Source: Octopus bimaculoides
Taxonomy: Eukaryota
Reading direction: 5' to 3'
Assembly (NCBI RefSeq): GCF_001194135.2
Contig: NC_069000.1
Span: forward strand, 27,706,373 to 27,742,812
DNA length: 36,440 nucleotides
The translations under genes and the position numbers were made by a program. Every line of letters begins with the position of its first letter. The stretch's first letter is position 1. The notes beneath the pieces are model-generated. The model saw only the letters and a list, made by a program, of their open reading frames with translations. It was not told the DNA's origin and did no database searches. This document shows positions 35,230 through 36,440 of the stretch, piece after piece.

Positions 35230-35561
35230 TTCATTTTTTACATTTTTTAGTCATTGGACTGTGATCATGCTGGAGCATGACTTTGAAGGGTTTTGGCTGA
35301 ACAAATTGATCTCTCTACAAGTTCTCTTTTTACTGTACCACTAAATTATGAGGACATAAACAAGCCAATATTGGTTGTCAAGCAATGACAGGAGACAAAC
35401 ACAAATTTATACAATGCACAATTTTGCCTATCAAATTCACCCACAAGGCATTGGTTAGCCTGGGGCTATATTATAAGACACAAGCCCAAGGTACTGCACA
35501 GTGGGATTGAACTCAAAACCACATGGTTGCAAAGTGATCTTACTAATCAAACAGCCATGCC
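35230..35561 (-). mobile_element. tRNA-derived SINE
   Basis: The reverse complement contains ggcatggctgtttg...ttttgagttcaatcccactgtgcagtaccttgggc, from the same family as the 8058 and 23250 copies. Confidence 0.7.
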
Positions 35562-35873
35562 AACACCTATACTGATATATACATATCATTATGTTGTGAG
35601 GATAATAGTAATAAAGGTACACCTCTCCCATGTAACGAGTGGTATGTGCTAGTCGCAATAAATAAGGTGATGTTGGTCAGTATAGGCAGAGAGTATGAAG
35701 TTGACGGTCATAGATAGTCATGGTCTTACTTGTCTCACTAACTATACTGCTATACCAGAGTGGCATTATAACAATCTGACATTAAGGAATACAACAGTAG
35801 CAATGTGGAATTAACAAACTCACAAAAGTATTTTTTCTGTGTGAATTTTAAGGAAAAAAACTGTAAAATTATA

Positions 35874-36133
35874 GAAAATTTGTTGCCCTGTCTGTTTGAG
35901 TTGCAAAAACAGCAACTGAAAGAACAACAGCAGCAGCTACAACTGCAAGAACAACAGCAGAAGCAACAACAACAACAATTACTATTACAGTAACAAATGC
36001 TGCAATTAATGAATAGTAAGTTGTCAGGAAAAGCTGAAAAAATGTTCTTGCCAGATCATGTTGAAAACTTGATAACAGTGTTTAAGTATGAACCAGATGA
36101 AGGAGTTATCTTTGAAGCTTACTATAGAAGATA
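35874..36133 (+). pseudogene. Relic of a Ty3/Gypsy-type gag N-terminus with a poly-Q tract
   Basis: One frame reads ENLLPCLFELQKQQ...QQLLLQ*QMLQLMNS...HVENLITVFKYEPDEGVIFEAYYRRY. This resembles the F.Y.P..G.TF..(W/Y)..RYE motif of K02A2.6-like Gypsy gags (recalled, not searched). Confidence 0.6.
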
Positions 36134-36224
36134 CTAGCAGAAATACCCGGCGTTGCCCGGGTTAAAGAGAATAATGAAATCTAAAAACGCCGTCTAGACT
36201 ACGCATCATCTTTATATATAGAGA
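36134..36224 (-). mobile_element. 91-bp non-autonomous Helitron
   Basis: The minus strand reads A|TCTCTATATATAAAG...CCCGGGCAACGCCGGG-TATTTCTG-CTAG|T. It has a 5' TC, a GC hairpin 8 nt before a 3' CTAG, an AT target and no TSD. Confidence 0.8.
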
Positions 36225-36440
36225 TGTATATACACACACGCACCCAAACACACGTATATATATGTATATCAATATAAATATATGAAAGTCAATGAAGTTT
36301 CGTAAAAGAAGGTGATCATGTACATACTTTCTTGCTGTTGTGATTATAACACCTCGTTGTAAACAATGTTCCTTGTTTTCCCTTGTGGAGCATATACAAA
36401 TAGGTTTTTTTGCTGCCCACTCTTGAGCAGCCAACATACA

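Noticed and set aside
8058-35561. tRNA genes suggested by A/B-box-like motifs
   Set aside because: These are SINE heads with no cloverleaf or acceptor stem, followed by shared SINE bodies.
35805-35993. Poly-Q ORF as a host transcription-factor exon
   Set aside because: It is antisense within an OPLAH intron and continues past a stop into a retrotransposon gag-like motif.

Overview
This is AT-rich, microsatellite-rich animal genomic DNA. The SINE, RTE-LINE and Penelope repeat families point to a cephalopod, probably Octopus (inference). The only host gene I can support is an internal part of 5-oxoprolinase (OPLAH) on the minus strand. It has eight GT-AG exons at 34431-34569, 32413-32525, 22369-22432, 12121-12221, 7493-7529, 6527-6637, 5864-5965 and 1547-1721. 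They splice into one uninterrupted 842-nt frame (280 full codons) spanning the hydantoinase-A/B junction, and five of the eight are missing from the ORF track. The introns (0.56-10.1 kb) are filled with decayed transposons: about seven RTE-clade LINE copies (one near full length), several Penelope-like fragments, two mariner relics, an R4-like RT fragment, tRNA-derived SINEs, a foldback MITE, a 91-bp mini-Helitron and a Gypsy gag relic. There are two assembly gaps. No prokaryotic system, CRISPR array, rRNA or true tRNA gene is present. The most interesting signals are: a PHD-type C4HC3 zinc finger inserted inside the RTE reverse-transcriptase domain in three copies; a decayed tandem hammerhead-ribozyme-like motif; a variable-copy 66/132-bp repeat in the RTE 3' UTR; and inverted LINE pairs bracketing a 64-nt exon. 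Repeat boundaries are approximate unless termini are quoted.
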